Shown here piece by piece: positions 18,071 to 28,033 of a DNA stretch of 64,000 nucleotides. The stretch's first letter is position 1; each line of letters begins with the position of its first letter. Origin of the DNA: an uncultured Thermoleophilia bacterium (GTDB lineage Bacteria > Actinomycetota > Thermoleophilia > UBA2241); assembly GCA_903862845.1 (NCBI GenBank), contig CAIOZS010000210.1, forward strand, positions 2,789 through 66,788, read 5' to 3'. The notes below the pieces were generated by a model. That model was not told where the DNA came from. It saw only the letters and a list, made by a program, of their open reading frames with translations, and made no database searches. The position numbers and the translations under genes were made by a program.

Positions 18071-18135
18071 ACGGCCATTGTAGACCCATCGCGGGCGCGT
18101 TGCTCCCGCCGGGATAGGGTCAGCCGAGAGGGCCG

Positions 18136-19725
18136 ATGCGATATCATGGGCCGCCTATGAACGAGCAGTCACAAGCGGCGGCGCCCACCCGCGTCGTTGT
18201 GCGCTTCGCCCCGTCTCCCACGGGCTACCTGCACCTGGGCAGCGCCCGCACTGGTCTGTACAACTTCATCTTCGCCCGTCGGCACGGCGGGTCGTTCATC
18301 CTGCGCATCGAAGACACCGATCTCTCGCGCAGCACCGACGAGGCCATCCTGCAGATTATCAGCTCGATGCGCGAGATGGGGCTGGACTGGGACGAAGGCC
18401 CGGAGCTTCCCGGCGCGCACGCGCCATACCGCCAGACCGAGCGCCAGCCCATCTACCACGAGTACATCGAGAAGCTGCTCGCCGGCGGCCATCTGTATCC
18501 CTGCTTCTGCACGCCGGAGGAGCTCGAGACCGAGCGTCGCGCGGCCCAGGCAGAGAAGCGCGCCTGGGTGTATTCGGGCGAGTGCCGGGCGCTCCCCGCA
18601 GAAGAGGTGGAGCGCCGCAAGGCCGCCGCTGAGCCATTCACGCTGCGCATGCGCGTGCCGCCGGGCAAGACTGTGTTCCACGACATGCTGCGCGACCCGG
18701 TGGAGTTCGACAACGACACCATCGGCGACTTCATCGTGCAGCGCAGCGACGGCACCATCACCTACAACCTCGCCGTGGTAGTTGACGACGTGACCATGGA
18801 GATCACGCACGTGATCCGTGGCGACGACCACCTCAGCAACACGCCCAAGCAGGTCGTGATCTACGAGGCTCTCGGCGCTCCCGTGCCCGAGTTCCTTCAC
18901 ATGCCGCTGCTCTTCGGCACCGACAAGAAGAAGCTCAGCAAGCGGCACGGCGCGACCAAGCTCGAACAGCTCACGGCCATGGGCTACCTGGTGGAGGTCG
19001 TGCGCAACTACCTGTGCTTTCTCAGCACCGAGTTCGACGAGAGCATGATCACCTGGACGATGGACGACCTCGTCGAGAAGTTCGACGTGCTCAAGCTGGG
19101 CACCAGCGCCAGCATCTTCGACCCCGAGAAGCTGCGCTGGATGAACGGCCGCTTCATCCGTCATCTGGACGATGTCGTGCTCGGCGAGCGGCTCGAGGAG
19201 TACCTCACGCGGGTCGGCTTCTACGGCGCGCCGGCCGCCGTCGAGGAGCTCGCCAAGCTCGGCCCCGAGGTTCTGGCCGCGGAGGTCGAGGGCGCCGAGA
19301 CGGCGCACGTACTGCTCGTGGCGCCTGACGCGGAGCAGGAGGCGCTCACGCGCCGGCTCGCGCCGCTGGTGCGCGAGAAGATGGACGTGCTCGCCGATTT
19401 CGTGCCCGTCGCCGGCTGGTTCTTCCGGCCGCTGGCCATCTCCGCCGAGGCGGCCGAGCGGCTGGCCGGCACGGCGGGGGCCGCCGAGACGCTGCGCGCG
19501 GCGGCCGTCGGCCTGGCCGAGCTCGCAGCCTACGACGTGGAGCGGGTCGAGGCGCTCGTGCGGGCGCTGCCGGAGCGCCTCGAGGTCAAGCCCAAGGCCG
19601 TGTTCGCCGCCTTGCGCCTCGGCATGAGCGGCCAGAGCATCACCCCCGGCCTCTTCGAGTCCCTCTGGGTGCTCGGCCGCGACGAGGCCGTCGCGCGACT
19701 CACGACGACCGCGGCGCTGCTGTAG
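18136..19725 (+). CDS. gltX: Glutamate--tRNA ligase
   Basis: HIGH region (PSPTGYLHLGSART) and KMSKS (KLSKRHG). An alternative start lies 21 nt downstream. Confidence 0.9.
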   Translation: MRYHGPPMNEQSQAAAPTRVVVRFAPSPTGYLHLGSARTGLYNFIFARRHGGSFILRIEDTDLSRSTDEAILQIISSMREMGLDWDEGPELPGAHAPYRQTERQPIYHEYIEKLLAGGHLYPCFCTPEELETERRAAQAEKRAWVYSGECRALPAEEVERRKAAAEPFTLRMRVPPGKTVFHDMLRDPVEFDNDTIGDFIVQRSDGTITYNLAVVVDDVTMEITHVIRGDDHLSNTPKQVVIYEALGAPVPEFLHMPLLFGTDKKKLSKRHGATKLEQLTAMGYLVEVVRNYLCFLSTEFDESMITWTMDDLVEKFDVLKLGTSASIFDPEKLRWMNGRFIRHLDDVVLGERLEEYLTRVGFYGAPAAVEELAKLGPEVLAAEVEGAETAHVLLVAPDAEQEALTRRLAPLVREKMDVLADFVPVAGWFFRPLAISAEAAERLAGTAGAAETLRAAAVGLAELAAYDVERVEALVRALPERLEVKPKAVFAALRLGMSGQSITPGLFESLWVLGRDEAVARLTTTAALL

Positions 19726-21046
19726 CCGCCGGCGCGGCCTGCCCGCCGTCCGCTTCGGCCGCCGGCTCGCGGGCGGACACGCCCGCCGGGAGCGGCCCCT
19801 TCGCGGTCTCCAGCGGCAGGTAGTAGCGCATGAGGCACAGCGCCGCGACGGCGGCCCCGATCATGTTAGTCATGTCGAGCACCCGGTACGGCCACATGCG
19901 CATCGACAGCAGCGCCGCCGCGACGCCGAGCACGAGCAGTACCCACTCCTTGCCCTTTGGCGGCGGCGAAACGAGGACCAGGGCCAGCGGCACGATGACC
20001 CAGACGTAGGCCATCTGCCAGGCCAACGGGGAGAAGAGCAGCATCAGGAGCACCGTCATGAGGAGCACGGCGTTTCTCTCGGTGGCGACGTCGACGCGCC
20101 TCTCTGCCTGCGGCAGTCGGCGCGTGTTCCTGCCCGCCACCCAGGCGAGAAAGATCAGGGCCGCGTAGCCCAGGGCGGACCCGACCTTGATGGCCGCCGG
20201 ATAGCGCCACCAGAACCGCAGAGGCGTCTGGTTGAACGGCGAGGAGTCCGACCCCGCGATGGTCGGCAGGATCTTGAGCACGTACTCGCGGTAGAGCGAG
20301 AGATCGACGAAGGCCAGCGAGACCGCGAAGACCACGACGCCGCAGGCCAGCGTCTTGAGGAGGAAGCGCCAGTCGCGGAAGTAGACGACCATGACCGCCA
20401 CCAGGAGGATTGGCGACACCTTGGTGGCCACCGCGATGGCGAGCAGTGCCGCCGACGGCCAGCCCCCCCAGCGCGGATAGAGCAGAAAGGCGCTGATCGA
20501 GAGGCCGGCGACGATCATGTCGATCTGCCCTTCGTGGACGTGGTAGAAGAACGCGAACGACACCATTGTGAGAAGGACGGCGGCCGTCAGCACCTCGAGC
20601 CGCCGTCCGCGGCTGACGACGGCCGCCACGAGGACCATGAGGCCAAAGACGGCGACGTCGAGCGCCACCCACGCCGTCCTCGCCTGATCGTAACTGTAGC
20701 GCGCGAGCTGACCCAGGAGCGGCAACACGGTGGGCGGATAGATGTAGCCGGAGATTTGCGGGTAGTTGAAGCGCGGCTGGTGGATGACGCGGGAGTCATT
20801 GGGGTAGTTGAGATAGGGATCCAGCCCGAGGTTCCAGTTATGGCCGCCCGCGTAGTACTGGTAGAAGTCGTGCTGGGGCACGCCGACCGCGGAGGACAGG
20901 TCGTTGAACGTGTTGCGCAGGATGCCGACCCAGAAGTTCGCCGCCAGCGCGACGGCGAGCAGCAGCAGGAGGAGGCAGACCGTGCGGCGGGACGGCCACG
21001 CGAGCCGGCTCGGCTGAGGCGGATCCGCCGGGGCCTGAGGAGACAC
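19700..21046 (-). CDS. GT87/DUF2029-like polytopic membrane glycosyltransferase
   Basis: More than 10 TM helices, typical of PMT/GT87 mannosyltransferase-like proteins. The start is uncertain. I chose the GTG just after the upstream gene's stop, because the first 60 codons of the longest ORF overlap that gene. Confidence 0.6.
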   Translation of the reverse strand: MSPQAPADPPQPSRLAWPSRRTVCLLLLLLAVALAANFWVGILRNTFNDLSSAVGVPQHDFYQYYAGGHNWNLGLDPYLNYPNDSRVIHQPRFNYPQISGYIYPPTVLPLLGQLARYSYDQARTAWVALDVAVFGLMVLVAAVVSRGRRLEVLTAAVLLTMVSFAFFYHVHEGQIDMIVAGLSISAFLLYPRWGGWPSAALLAIAVATKVSPILLVAVMVVYFRDWRFLLKTLACGVVVFAVSLAFVDLSLYREYVLKILPTIAGSDSSPFNQTPLRFWWRYPAAIKVGSALGYAALIFLAWVAGRNTRRLPQAERRVDVATERNAVLLMTVLLMLLFSPLAWQMAYVWVIVPLALVLVSPPPKGKEWVLLVLGVAAALLSMRMWPYRVLDMTNMIGAAVAALCLMRYYLPLETAKGPLPAGVSAREPAAEADGGQAAPAATAAPRSS

Positions 21047-21056
21047 GGGAAGCGCC

Positions 21057-21596
21057 TCAGTCCACGAGGACGAGGGCGAAGAAGCTGTACTCGGCGCCCT
21101 CGTCCTGGACGACCTCCAGCTCCCAGCCGGCGTTGCGCACCGTCGTGAAGACGTCGATGCCGCAGCCTTCCATCGAGGGCCGGGCGCGCTCGGGGGCCAC
21201 GCAGGGCCCGTCGAGCTCGCAGGTGCCGCAGTAGTCACAGGGGCCGGCGCCCATCATCCAGGTCTTGAAGAAGCCGGCCAGGAAGAGCTCACCCTCCAGC
21301 TTCAGGGCGGCGTCGTTGAGCTTGCGCGACATGGGGTCGGATTTCTGTCGCCCGCGGTGGGGACCGCCCTTGAGAAGGACGGCCCGCCGGAACTCGTCAA
21401 CCAGACGACGGGTGTGGGCGGGCTCCGGCGTATTGGGCGGGCAGGTGCGGTAGCTGCCGTTGTCATCGCAGCCGTAGAGGCACTTCAGGCGCACCCACTC
21501 GGCGGTCACGATCTTGCCCGTGTCGATGACGGTCGCAGCGTCGGCGCCGAGCTCGACGGCGCGGGCGCACCAGCCTTCGGGGTGACTCAGGTCCAT
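21057..21596 (-). CDS. DUF2284-like metal-binding protein
   Basis: Cys cluster CDYCGTCELDGPC and CLYGC, typical of DUF2284. Confidence 0.55.
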   Translation of the reverse strand: MDLSHPEGWCARAVELGADAATVIDTGKIVTAEWVRLKCLYGCDDNGSYRTCPPNTPEPAHTRRLVDEFRRAVLLKGGPHRGRQKSDPMSRKLNDAALKLEGELFLAGFFKTWMMGAGPCDYCGTCELDGPCVAPERARPSMEGCGIDVFTTVRNAGWELEVVQDEGAEYSFFALVLVD

Positions 21597-21632
21597 GCGG
21601 CGGCCTCCGTGGTGGATGGGACTCACGGCACA

Positions 21633-22868
21633 CTAGCCCGCGCGGCGCGGCGGCGCAACGGGCGCCGCGCCCGAAAGCCCTGCCAGCGCCTGCGGCAGAT
21701 CGGCGAGCGCGCGGATCTCGGCGTCCGGCGCGGTGCCGTCGGCGCGTCGCGCCCCGGACGGATTGAGCCATACGGCGCGCAGGCCCGCGGCCTGCGCGCC
21801 GACCACGTCGTTGGGCCACGAGTCGCCGACCATGACGGCGCGCGCCGGCGCGAGCGGCAGGCCGGCGCGACCGGCGCGCAGCAGGGCCGCGCGAAAGAAG
21901 AGCGCGTCGGGCTTGCGAGCGCCCACGTCGCGCGAGCTGACCACCCCGTCGACGAATCCGTCGAGGCCGACGCGAGAGAGAGCGGCCAGTACGTCGCGCT
22001 CGCCGGAATCGTCGGCGTTGGTCGCCACGAGCAGGCGGTAGCGAAGGCGCAGGCGGCGCAGCGCGTCCTGCGCCCCGTCCACCGCCCGGACCTCGGGCCA
22101 CGCCGCCATCGGCCCCTCCCCGCCGCAGTCCACCATCAGCGTGTTGCCCCAGTCCACGAAGACGACCTCGACAGGCTCTGCAGGTCGTCGCTGCGGCGCA
22201 CTCCTCGACCGCCGCGCGGCGACTGACTCCATGATGAGATGCGTCGCCGTGACGACGGCCAGCGCAAGCACCCAACCGGCGAGCACGTCGGTGAGCCAGT
22301 GCACGCCGAGGTAGAAGCGGGACAGGCCCATGAGCAACGCGAAGGTCGCCGCGAGACCGGCGGCGGGCCATCGCCAGCGAGTCGGCCACGCGATGACGAC
22401 GAGTGCCAGGGCGAAGGTGGCCGACGACATGGCGTGACCGCTCGGGAAGGCGTAGCCGCTCGCGCTCAGCACCGCCGACTCGATCGGAGGGCGGGCGCGC
22501 TCGAAGAGCTGCTTGAGCGCCAGGTTCAGGAGCGGAGAAACACTCATGACGACGAGCAGAAAGGCGGCTTCGCGGCGGCGCGCGCGCCACGCGAGAGCGG
22601 CGATCACCGCCACCGTCGCAATGGTGAGAACGAGCCACTGACCCAGGCCCGTGTACCCCCGGAAGAACGCAGTCAGCGTAGCGGTGCGATGGGCCGCGAC
22701 GAAGGCATTGACTCGTGCGTCGAGGCCGTCGGGCACGCTGGGGTGCGCGAGCAGCGCCAGCGCGAAGAAGCCGAGCAACGACAGGGCGAGGACCGCGGCC
22801 GGCGCGAGAAGGCGCCGCTGCGACCTCGGGCCGGCGGCGCGCTGCCGGCGGCCGTCAGCAGCCTGCAC
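21633..22868 (-). CDS. PAP2 phosphatase fused to a HAD-superfamily hydrolase domain
   Basis: The N-terminal membrane PAP2 domain has KQLFERARP...PSGH...SRFYLGVHWLTD. The C-terminal HAD domain has motifs I (VFVDWGNTL), II (LLVATN), III (ARKPD) and IV (GDSWPNDVVGAQAAG). The start is a GTG after the upstream stop. Confidence 0.65.
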   Translation of the reverse strand: MQAADGRRQRAAGPRSQRRLLAPAAVLALSLLGFFALALLAHPSVPDGLDARVNAFVAAHRTATLTAFFRGYTGLGQWLVLTIATVAVIAALAWRARRREAAFLLVVMSVSPLLNLALKQLFERARPPIESAVLSASGYAFPSGHAMSSATFALALVVIAWPTRWRWPAAGLAATFALLMGLSRFYLGVHWLTDVLAGWVLALAVVTATHLIMESVAARRSRSAPQRRPAEPVEVVFVDWGNTLMVDCGGEGPMAAWPEVRAVDGAQDALRRLRLRYRLLVATNADDSGERDVLAALSRVGLDGFVDGVVSSRDVGARKPDALFFRAALLRAGRAGLPLAPARAVMVGDSWPNDVVGAQAAGLRAVWLNPSGARRADGTAPDAEIRALADLPQALAGLSGAAPVAPPRRAG

Positions 22869-23589
22869 AGGTGAGGCCGCCGAGCGCCACCGGCAGCTCT
22901 TCGAAGTGCCTGACGATGAGATCCGCGGTGGAGCGCCCGGCGTCATGGTTGTTGGCGCCGATGAAGTGCACGGCAGCCATGCCCGCGGCCTGCGCACCGG
23001 CGATGTCGGTGCGCTGGATGTCGCCGACATGGGCCGCCTCCGACGCGCGCACGTCCAGGGCCGCCAGCGTGCGCTGGAAGACGCGCACGTCGGGCTTGCT
23101 CATGCCGTGCTCGTTCGAGAAATACAGGTACTCGAAGTAGGCCAGCATACCGTTGCGCTCGAGCAGTTCGCGCAGCACGCTTCCCGGTGAGTAGCCGGTG
23201 TCGCAGATGACGGCGAGCCGGTAGCGCTCGGCCAGCGCGGGCAGCGCGTAGGCGGCACCCGGCATGGGCTCCGGGGGCAGATCGAGCACCAGCAGCTCGA
23301 AACGGCTCACGAGGCGCTCCCGGGCGGCCTGAGGCACCGGCGCGCCGAGCACCGCGATGATGCTGTCGACGAGCTCGCCGCAGGACGGCGTGCGGTGCTC
23401 CCTGATCCAGACGCCGTCGAAGAAGTCGAAGCCGGCGCGCAGGGCGTCATCAAGCGCCGCCTGCGGGACGCCGCACCCGAGAGCCTCGAGCTCGGAGCGT
23501 AGGATCTCGGCGCGACGGCGTTCGCGGTCCTGCCCGTGGACGTCGACGAAGAGGGTGTTCCAGTAGTCGAAGGTGACGGCCTTCAGCAT
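22855..23589 (-). CDS. HAD family hydrolase (motif I FDYWNTL, lacking Asp+2)
   Basis: HAD motifs I-IV are present (FDYWNTL, ICDTG, SKPD, GDIQRTDIAGAQAAG). Confidence 0.75.
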   Translation of the reverse strand: MLKAVTFDYWNTLFVDVHGQDRERRRAEILRSELEALGCGVPQAALDDALRAGFDFFDGVWIREHRTPSCGELVDSIIAVLGAPVPQAARERLVSRFELLVLDLPPEPMPGAAYALPALAERYRLAVICDTGYSPGSVLRELLERNGMLAYFEYLYFSNEHGMSKPDVRVFQRTLAALDVRASEAAHVGDIQRTDIAGAQAAGMAAVHFIGANNHDAGRSTADLIVRHFEELPVALGGLTCAGC

Positions 23590-23646
23590 GGGACTAGAGT
23601 ACCAAACGTGAGCGCCACATTCGGTGGGAATGCCGCGCCTTGGTAC

Positions 23647-23883
23647 TCAGGACGCGCCGCTGCCGCCCTTGCCGCCGGTGCCACCTTTTCGCCACCAGTC
23701 GCCGGCTCTGGCCGGTTCGGTGGCGCGCATCACGATGCGGGCGCCGCTGCGGTCTCCCGTCACGATCGACAGGTCGATGCTGCCGCAGCTCGGGCACATC
23801 AGAGCCCGCGCGTTGACTGCTTCGCCTTCAGGCGTGCCGAAGTGGTGCCCGCAGTCGCCGCATACGTACTCTCTGCCTGACAT
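23647..23883 (-). CDS. FmdB-family zinc-ribbon protein
   Basis: MSGREYVCGDCGHHF...CPSCGS. Strong SD (GGAGGGAGGA). Confidence 0.7.
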   Translation of the reverse strand: MSGREYVCGDCGHHFGTPEGEAVNARALMCPSCGSIDLSIVTGDRSGARIVMRATEPARAGDWWRKGGTGGKGGSGAS

Positions 23884-23979
23884 GATCCTCCCTCCAATGC
23901 CACAATAGGAGTGTACCCGATCAGCGAACATCGTCATTCAGGTGAACACCGGGTTCGGGGCCGCTGGTACACTGCGCGG

Positions 23980-24912
23980 ATGGCCATCGAGTCCAAGAAA
24001 GCCGTGGTCGCCGCGATCATCGCCAACGCCGCCATCGCGGTCATCAAGTTCGTGGCCGGCAGCATGACGGGAAGCTCGGCGATGATCAGCGAGGGCATTC
24101 ACTCCCTGGTCGACACCGGCAACGGCGGGCTGCTTTACCACGGCCTCCGCCGCGGCGCCCGGCCCGCCGACCACCACCATCCCTTCGGGCACGGCATGGA
24201 GGTCTACTTCTGGAGCCTCATCGTCGCCGTGAGCATCTTCGGCATTGGCGGCGGCATGTCGATCTACGAGGGCATCAGCCACATCCGGCACCCTGCGCCC
24301 CTCGCGAACCCTACGATCAACTACGTCGTCCTGGCCCTGGCGGCCGTGTTCGAGTCGATCTCGTTCGGCGTGGCGTGGAAGGCCTTCCGCACGACCAGGG
24401 GTTCGCGGCGCACCTTCGCCGCTATCCACCACGGCAAGGACCCGAGCATGTTCACCGTGCTGTTCGAGGACTCGGCGGCGCTGATCGGCCTGGTCGTCGC
24501 GTTCGTCGGCGTCTTTCTGAGCCACCTGCTGCACCTGCCCGTCCTCGACGGCGCGGCCTCAGTGGCGATCGGCCTCATCCTCGTCTGCGCCGCCGGCTGG
24601 CTGGCCTACGAGAGCAAGAGCCTGCTCATGGGCGAGGCGGCCGACCCTGAGATGGTAGCGGCCATTCGCGAGATCGCCCTGGCCGACCCGGCGGTGATCG
24701 GTCTCGGCGTTGTCCTCACGATGCACCTCGGCCCCGACGAAGTACTTCTCAACATCGAGGTCCAGTTCACCGAAGGGTTGCCGGCCGAGGCGATCCACGC
24801 GGCCGTGCATCGCATCGAGGAGTGCATCAACGGGCCGTACCCAGAGGTGAGCCGGATCTTCATCGAGGTCGAGGTGCCGCCCGACGGCGCTGTGGTCGCT
24901 CCGGCTTCCTGA
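23980..24912 (+). CDS. Cation diffusion facilitator family transporter
   Basis: Six TM helices, HSLVDTGNG and H-rich motifs, and a C-terminal cytoplasmic domain. Confidence 0.85.
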   Translation: MAIESKKAVVAAIIANAAIAVIKFVAGSMTGSSAMISEGIHSLVDTGNGGLLYHGLRRGARPADHHHPFGHGMEVYFWSLIVAVSIFGIGGGMSIYEGISHIRHPAPLANPTINYVVLALAAVFESISFGVAWKAFRTTRGSRRTFAAIHHGKDPSMFTVLFEDSAALIGLVVAFVGVFLSHLLHLPVLDGAASVAIGLILVCAAGWLAYESKSLLMGEAADPEMVAAIREIALADPAVIGLGVVLTMHLGPDEVLLNIEVQFTEGLPAEAIHAAVHRIEECINGPYPEVSRIFIEVEVPPDGAVVAPAS

Positions 24913-24981
24913 AGGGCCGAGAAAGCGTTTTCACCGGCGGCCACGCCGACTGCTGAAGTCCGGCGCGTCATCGGCCGATAC

Positions 24982-25389
24982 TTACCATCGAGATGAAGCC
25001 GCGGCGTTTCGCGCCGGAGTGAAGCGCCCGCCGGCTGACCGCCGTCCTGCTTGGGCCTCGGCCGCGGGCGGTGCGGTGGCGGCCTCGTCGGGCTCCTGCG
25101 CACCCGCGGCTTCGTCGCGCCTGCGCGTCACATCTGGAGGATCCTCCGTCAGCCCTTGGGGAGAGAGCCTGGTCAGTGCCTCGTCGTAGCGACCGGGGTC
25201 CGTGTCCACTTGCGCGTCCGGGGTGCGCCGCCGGGAGGCCAAGGTCTGCAGGTTCTTGTGGGTGCCGGGCAACTGCACACGGATGGCGAACCGAAGGCTT
25301 GCGCCGCCACCTTCGCCGCACGTCCGGAGCTCGATGGGGTTGCAGGTCGCGGCGTCGACCAAGTAGGTGGCGTGGCCGTCGTCGGACAC
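24982..25389 (-). CDS. Hypothetical protein at the distal end of the AOR operon
   Basis: GC3 is high over the first ~75 codons only. I recognised no domain. Confidence 0.3.
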   Translation of the reverse strand: MSDDGHATYLVDAATCNPIELRTCGEGGGASLRFAIRVQLPGTHKNLQTLASRRRTPDAQVDTDPGRYDEALTRLSPQGLTEDPPDVTRRRDEAAGAQEPDEAATAPPAAEAQAGRRSAGGRFTPARNAAASSRW

Positions 25390-25405
25390 GACGGGAGCCT
25401 TGGTC

Positions 25406-26170
25406 TCATCTTCTCGGCGACGCGAGGCGCTCGCTTGTCAGGCGCGCTTTGCAGACCTCACAGAGGTCGGTGCTCTTCACCGGCAGGTCTGCCCCGGCGG
25501 CCATCGCCGCGGCGTGCGCCTTGGTCGTGATCGGCCTGCCGCAGCGCACGCAGGTGAGGAGCTCGAAGGTGCGGCCCCAGATCGTACGCGTGGTGGCCGT
25601 GTCCGCCATCGGTATGCACGCAGTGGGGCACGCTTCGACGCAGGAGCCGCAGCCCACACAGTCCTTCGCTGCCGTCCGGCCGAAGGGCGGACCCACACGC
25701 TTGTCGTGGCCGCGGCCGGTCGCCGCCAGCGCGTTGTAGTCCAGGGCGCAGCACACGCGCACGCACAGTTCGCACAGTATGCAGTCGGGCAGCGGAGCGT
25801 CGGTGACGGGAGCGAACCGCGCCCTTGTCACCCCGAACTGCGTGGCGAGCTGCCGGAGGACCGGGGCATCCGGGGCGCGTCGCAGCAGAAGCTCCAGATT
25901 CATGCCGCGGTGCTTGCGGATGCGCGGTGAGTTTGTCACCACGACGAGGCCGGCAGACACGGGGTAGTCGCACGAGGTCGTCAGCTGCACCCAGTCGCGG
26001 CCTGGCCGGCGCACCTCGATGAGGCAGAGACGGCACGACGCGATTGCCGGAACTGCCTCGTGGTGACAGAGCGCCGGGACGTCCCGGCCGGCGCACCGGG
26101 CGACGTCGAGCAAGCTTGCGCCCGCCGCAGCGGTGACCGGCACATCGTCGATGATCAGCTCAACGTCCAC
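25406..26170 (-). CDS. NuoG-N-terminal-like iron-sulfur protein (2Fe-2S plus 4Fe-4S clusters)
   Basis: 2Fe-2S Cys pattern (CHHE...SCRLC...C) and two Cys clusters (CILCELCVRVC, CVGCGSCVEACP). GTG start with an AGGAGG SD. Confidence 0.75.
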   Translation of the reverse strand: MDVELIIDDVPVTAAAGASLLDVARCAGRDVPALCHHEAVPAIASCRLCLIEVRRPGRDWVQLTTSCDYPVSAGLVVVTNSPRIRKHRGMNLELLLRRAPDAPVLRQLATQFGVTRARFAPVTDAPLPDCILCELCVRVCCALDYNALAATGRGHDKRVGPPFGRTAAKDCVGCGSCVEACPTACIPMADTATTRTIWGRTFELLTCVRCGRPITTKAHAAAMAAGADLPVKSTDLCEVCKARLTSERLASPRR

Positions 26171-26179
26171 GGCGGCCTC

Positions 26180-28033
26180 CTACTGCACCAACACCGCGTC
26201 GCGGTTGCAGACGTCCTTGCAGATGCCGCACTTGATGCAGAGCTCCTGGGTAATGGTGTGCGGCTGCTTCTTCTCGCCGACGACGGCATCCTGAGGGCAG
26301 CGAACGGCGCACAACGTACAACCGTTGCAGCGTTCCGCGAGGATGCTGAAGCTGATAAGCGCCTTGCAGACCCCCGCCGGGCAGCGCTTGTCGTCCACAT
26401 GCGCGAGGTACTCCTCGCGAAAGTAGCGCAGCGTGGACAGGACCGGGTTGACCGCACTCGTGCCGAGGGCGCAGAGGGAGGTGGCCTCGACGGTGTCGGC
26501 GAGCTCCTCGACGAGGGCGATGGTCTCGCGCGTGCCGCGGCCCTCGGTGATGTCGCCGAGCAGGTCGTGCAGGATGCTGAGCCCGTCGCGGCACGAGGTG
26601 CAGTTGCCGCACGACTCGGAGGCCAGGAAGCGCAGAAAGTACTTGGCGACGTCCACCATGCACGTTTCCTCGTCCATCACGATCATGCCGCCGGACCCCA
26701 TCATGGAGCCCTCGGCGACGAGTGTGTCGAAGTCCACCGGCACGTCGAGCTTGTCCGCCGACAGGCAGCCCCCAGATGGACCGCCGGTCTGGACGGCCTT
26801 GAAAGCCTTGCCATCAGGGATGCCTTCGCCCACGTCGAAGATGATCTGGCGCAGGGTCATGCCCATCGGCACCTCGACAAGCCCCGTGTTGTTCACCATG
26901 CCGACGAGGGAGAAGATCTTGGTACCGGGAGAACCTTCGGTGCCGATCGCACGAAACCACTCCGCCCCGTTGAGCAGAATGAGCGGGACGTTGGCCCAGG
27001 ACTCCACGTTGTTCACGTTGGTCGGCCGACCCCACAGGCCGTGCTCGGAGAGGTGGATGAGTCGTCGATGCGGTACGCCGCGACGACCCTCGAGCGAAGC
27101 CATCATGGCGCTGGCCTCACCGCAGACGAACGCGCCGCCGCCCCTGCTCACCCGTACGTCGAAGGACAGGTCGCTTCCCAAGATGGCGTCACCGAGCAGG
27201 CCCAGCGCCCGCGACTGCTCGATCGCAAGGTCGAGGTGCTCCACCGCCAAAGGGTACTCCTGACGGACGTACACGTAGCCCTCGCGTGCTCCCATGGCGA
27301 AGGCGCCGATGGTCATCCCCTCGAGCACGCTGTGAGGATTCCCCTCGAGGATCGAGCGGTCCATGAAGGCGCCCGGATCGCCCTCGTCGGCGTTGCAGAC
27401 CACGTAGCGCAGTTCACCCGCCGCGCTGCGGCACGCCTCCCACTTGCGGCCGGCCGGGAAGCCCGCGCCGCCGCGACCGCGCAGGCCGGAGCGTTTGACC
27501 TCCTCCAGCACCGCCGTCGGGCCCATCTCCAGGGCTCGCACCAGCGCCGAGTAGCCGCCGGCGGCGATGTAGTCGTCGATCGACGTGGGGTCGAGCTGCC
27601 CTGTGTCGCGCAGCACGATGCGCCGCTGGTGACTATAGAACGGGATGTCTTCCTCCCGGCGGTACCGCTGACCGGTCACCGGGTCCTCGCACAACAGGCG
27701 CTCCAGCACCTCTCCGCCGAGCAGGGTCTTCTCGACGATCTCGACCACGTCCGCGACCTGCACGTGCTCGTAGAGGATGCCCTCGGGCAGCACCTTGACA
27801 AGCGGCCCACGCTCGCAGAACCCGTGGCAGCCGGTGGCCCGCATGCCGACCGTGCGGTCGGCCCCGTGTGCGTCGATCTCAGTGCACAGAGCGTCGAACA
27901 CCTTCATCGCCCCCTGCGCCCGGCAGCCGGTCCCGCCGCAGACGGCGACGACCTTGTGACGGGTGTCCTCGGTGGCGACCAGCACGTCGCGATGACGCGA
28001 CAATGCTCCCGGATCGGAGAACACCCCGCTCAC
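26180..28033 (-). CDS. NuoF/HoxF/HndC-like NAD(P)H-binding flavoprotein subunit, with an N-terminal thioredoxin-like 2Fe-2S domain and a C-terminal 2x[4Fe-4S] domain
   Basis: GGAGFPAGRKW, FMN and NADH motifs, ESCGNCTSCR, and C-terminal CxxCxxCxxxCP x2. GTG start overlaps the upstream stop (GTGA) after AAGGAGGA. Confidence 0.85.
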   Translation of the reverse strand: MSGVFSDPGALSRHRDVLVATEDTRHKVVAVCGGTGCRAQGAMKVFDALCTEIDAHGADRTVGMRATGCHGFCERGPLVKVLPEGILYEHVQVADVVEIVEKTLLGGEVLERLLCEDPVTGQRYRREEDIPFYSHQRRIVLRDTGQLDPTSIDDYIAAGGYSALVRALEMGPTAVLEEVKRSGLRGRGGAGFPAGRKWEACRSAAGELRYVVCNADEGDPGAFMDRSILEGNPHSVLEGMTIGAFAMGAREGYVYVRQEYPLAVEHLDLAIEQSRALGLLGDAILGSDLSFDVRVSRGGGAFVCGEASAMMASLEGRRGVPHRRLIHLSEHGLWGRPTNVNNVESWANVPLILLNGAEWFRAIGTEGSPGTKIFSLVGMVNNTGLVEVPMGMTLRQIIFDVGEGIPDGKAFKAVQTGGPSGGCLSADKLDVPVDFDTLVAEGSMMGSGGMIVMDEETCMVDVAKYFLRFLASESCGNCTSCRDGLSILHDLLGDITEGRGTRETIALVEELADTVEATSLCALGTSAVNPVLSTLRYFREEYLAHVDDKRCPAGVCKALISFSILAERCNGCTLCAVRCPQDAVVGEKKQPHTITQELCIKCGICKDVCNRDAVLVQ

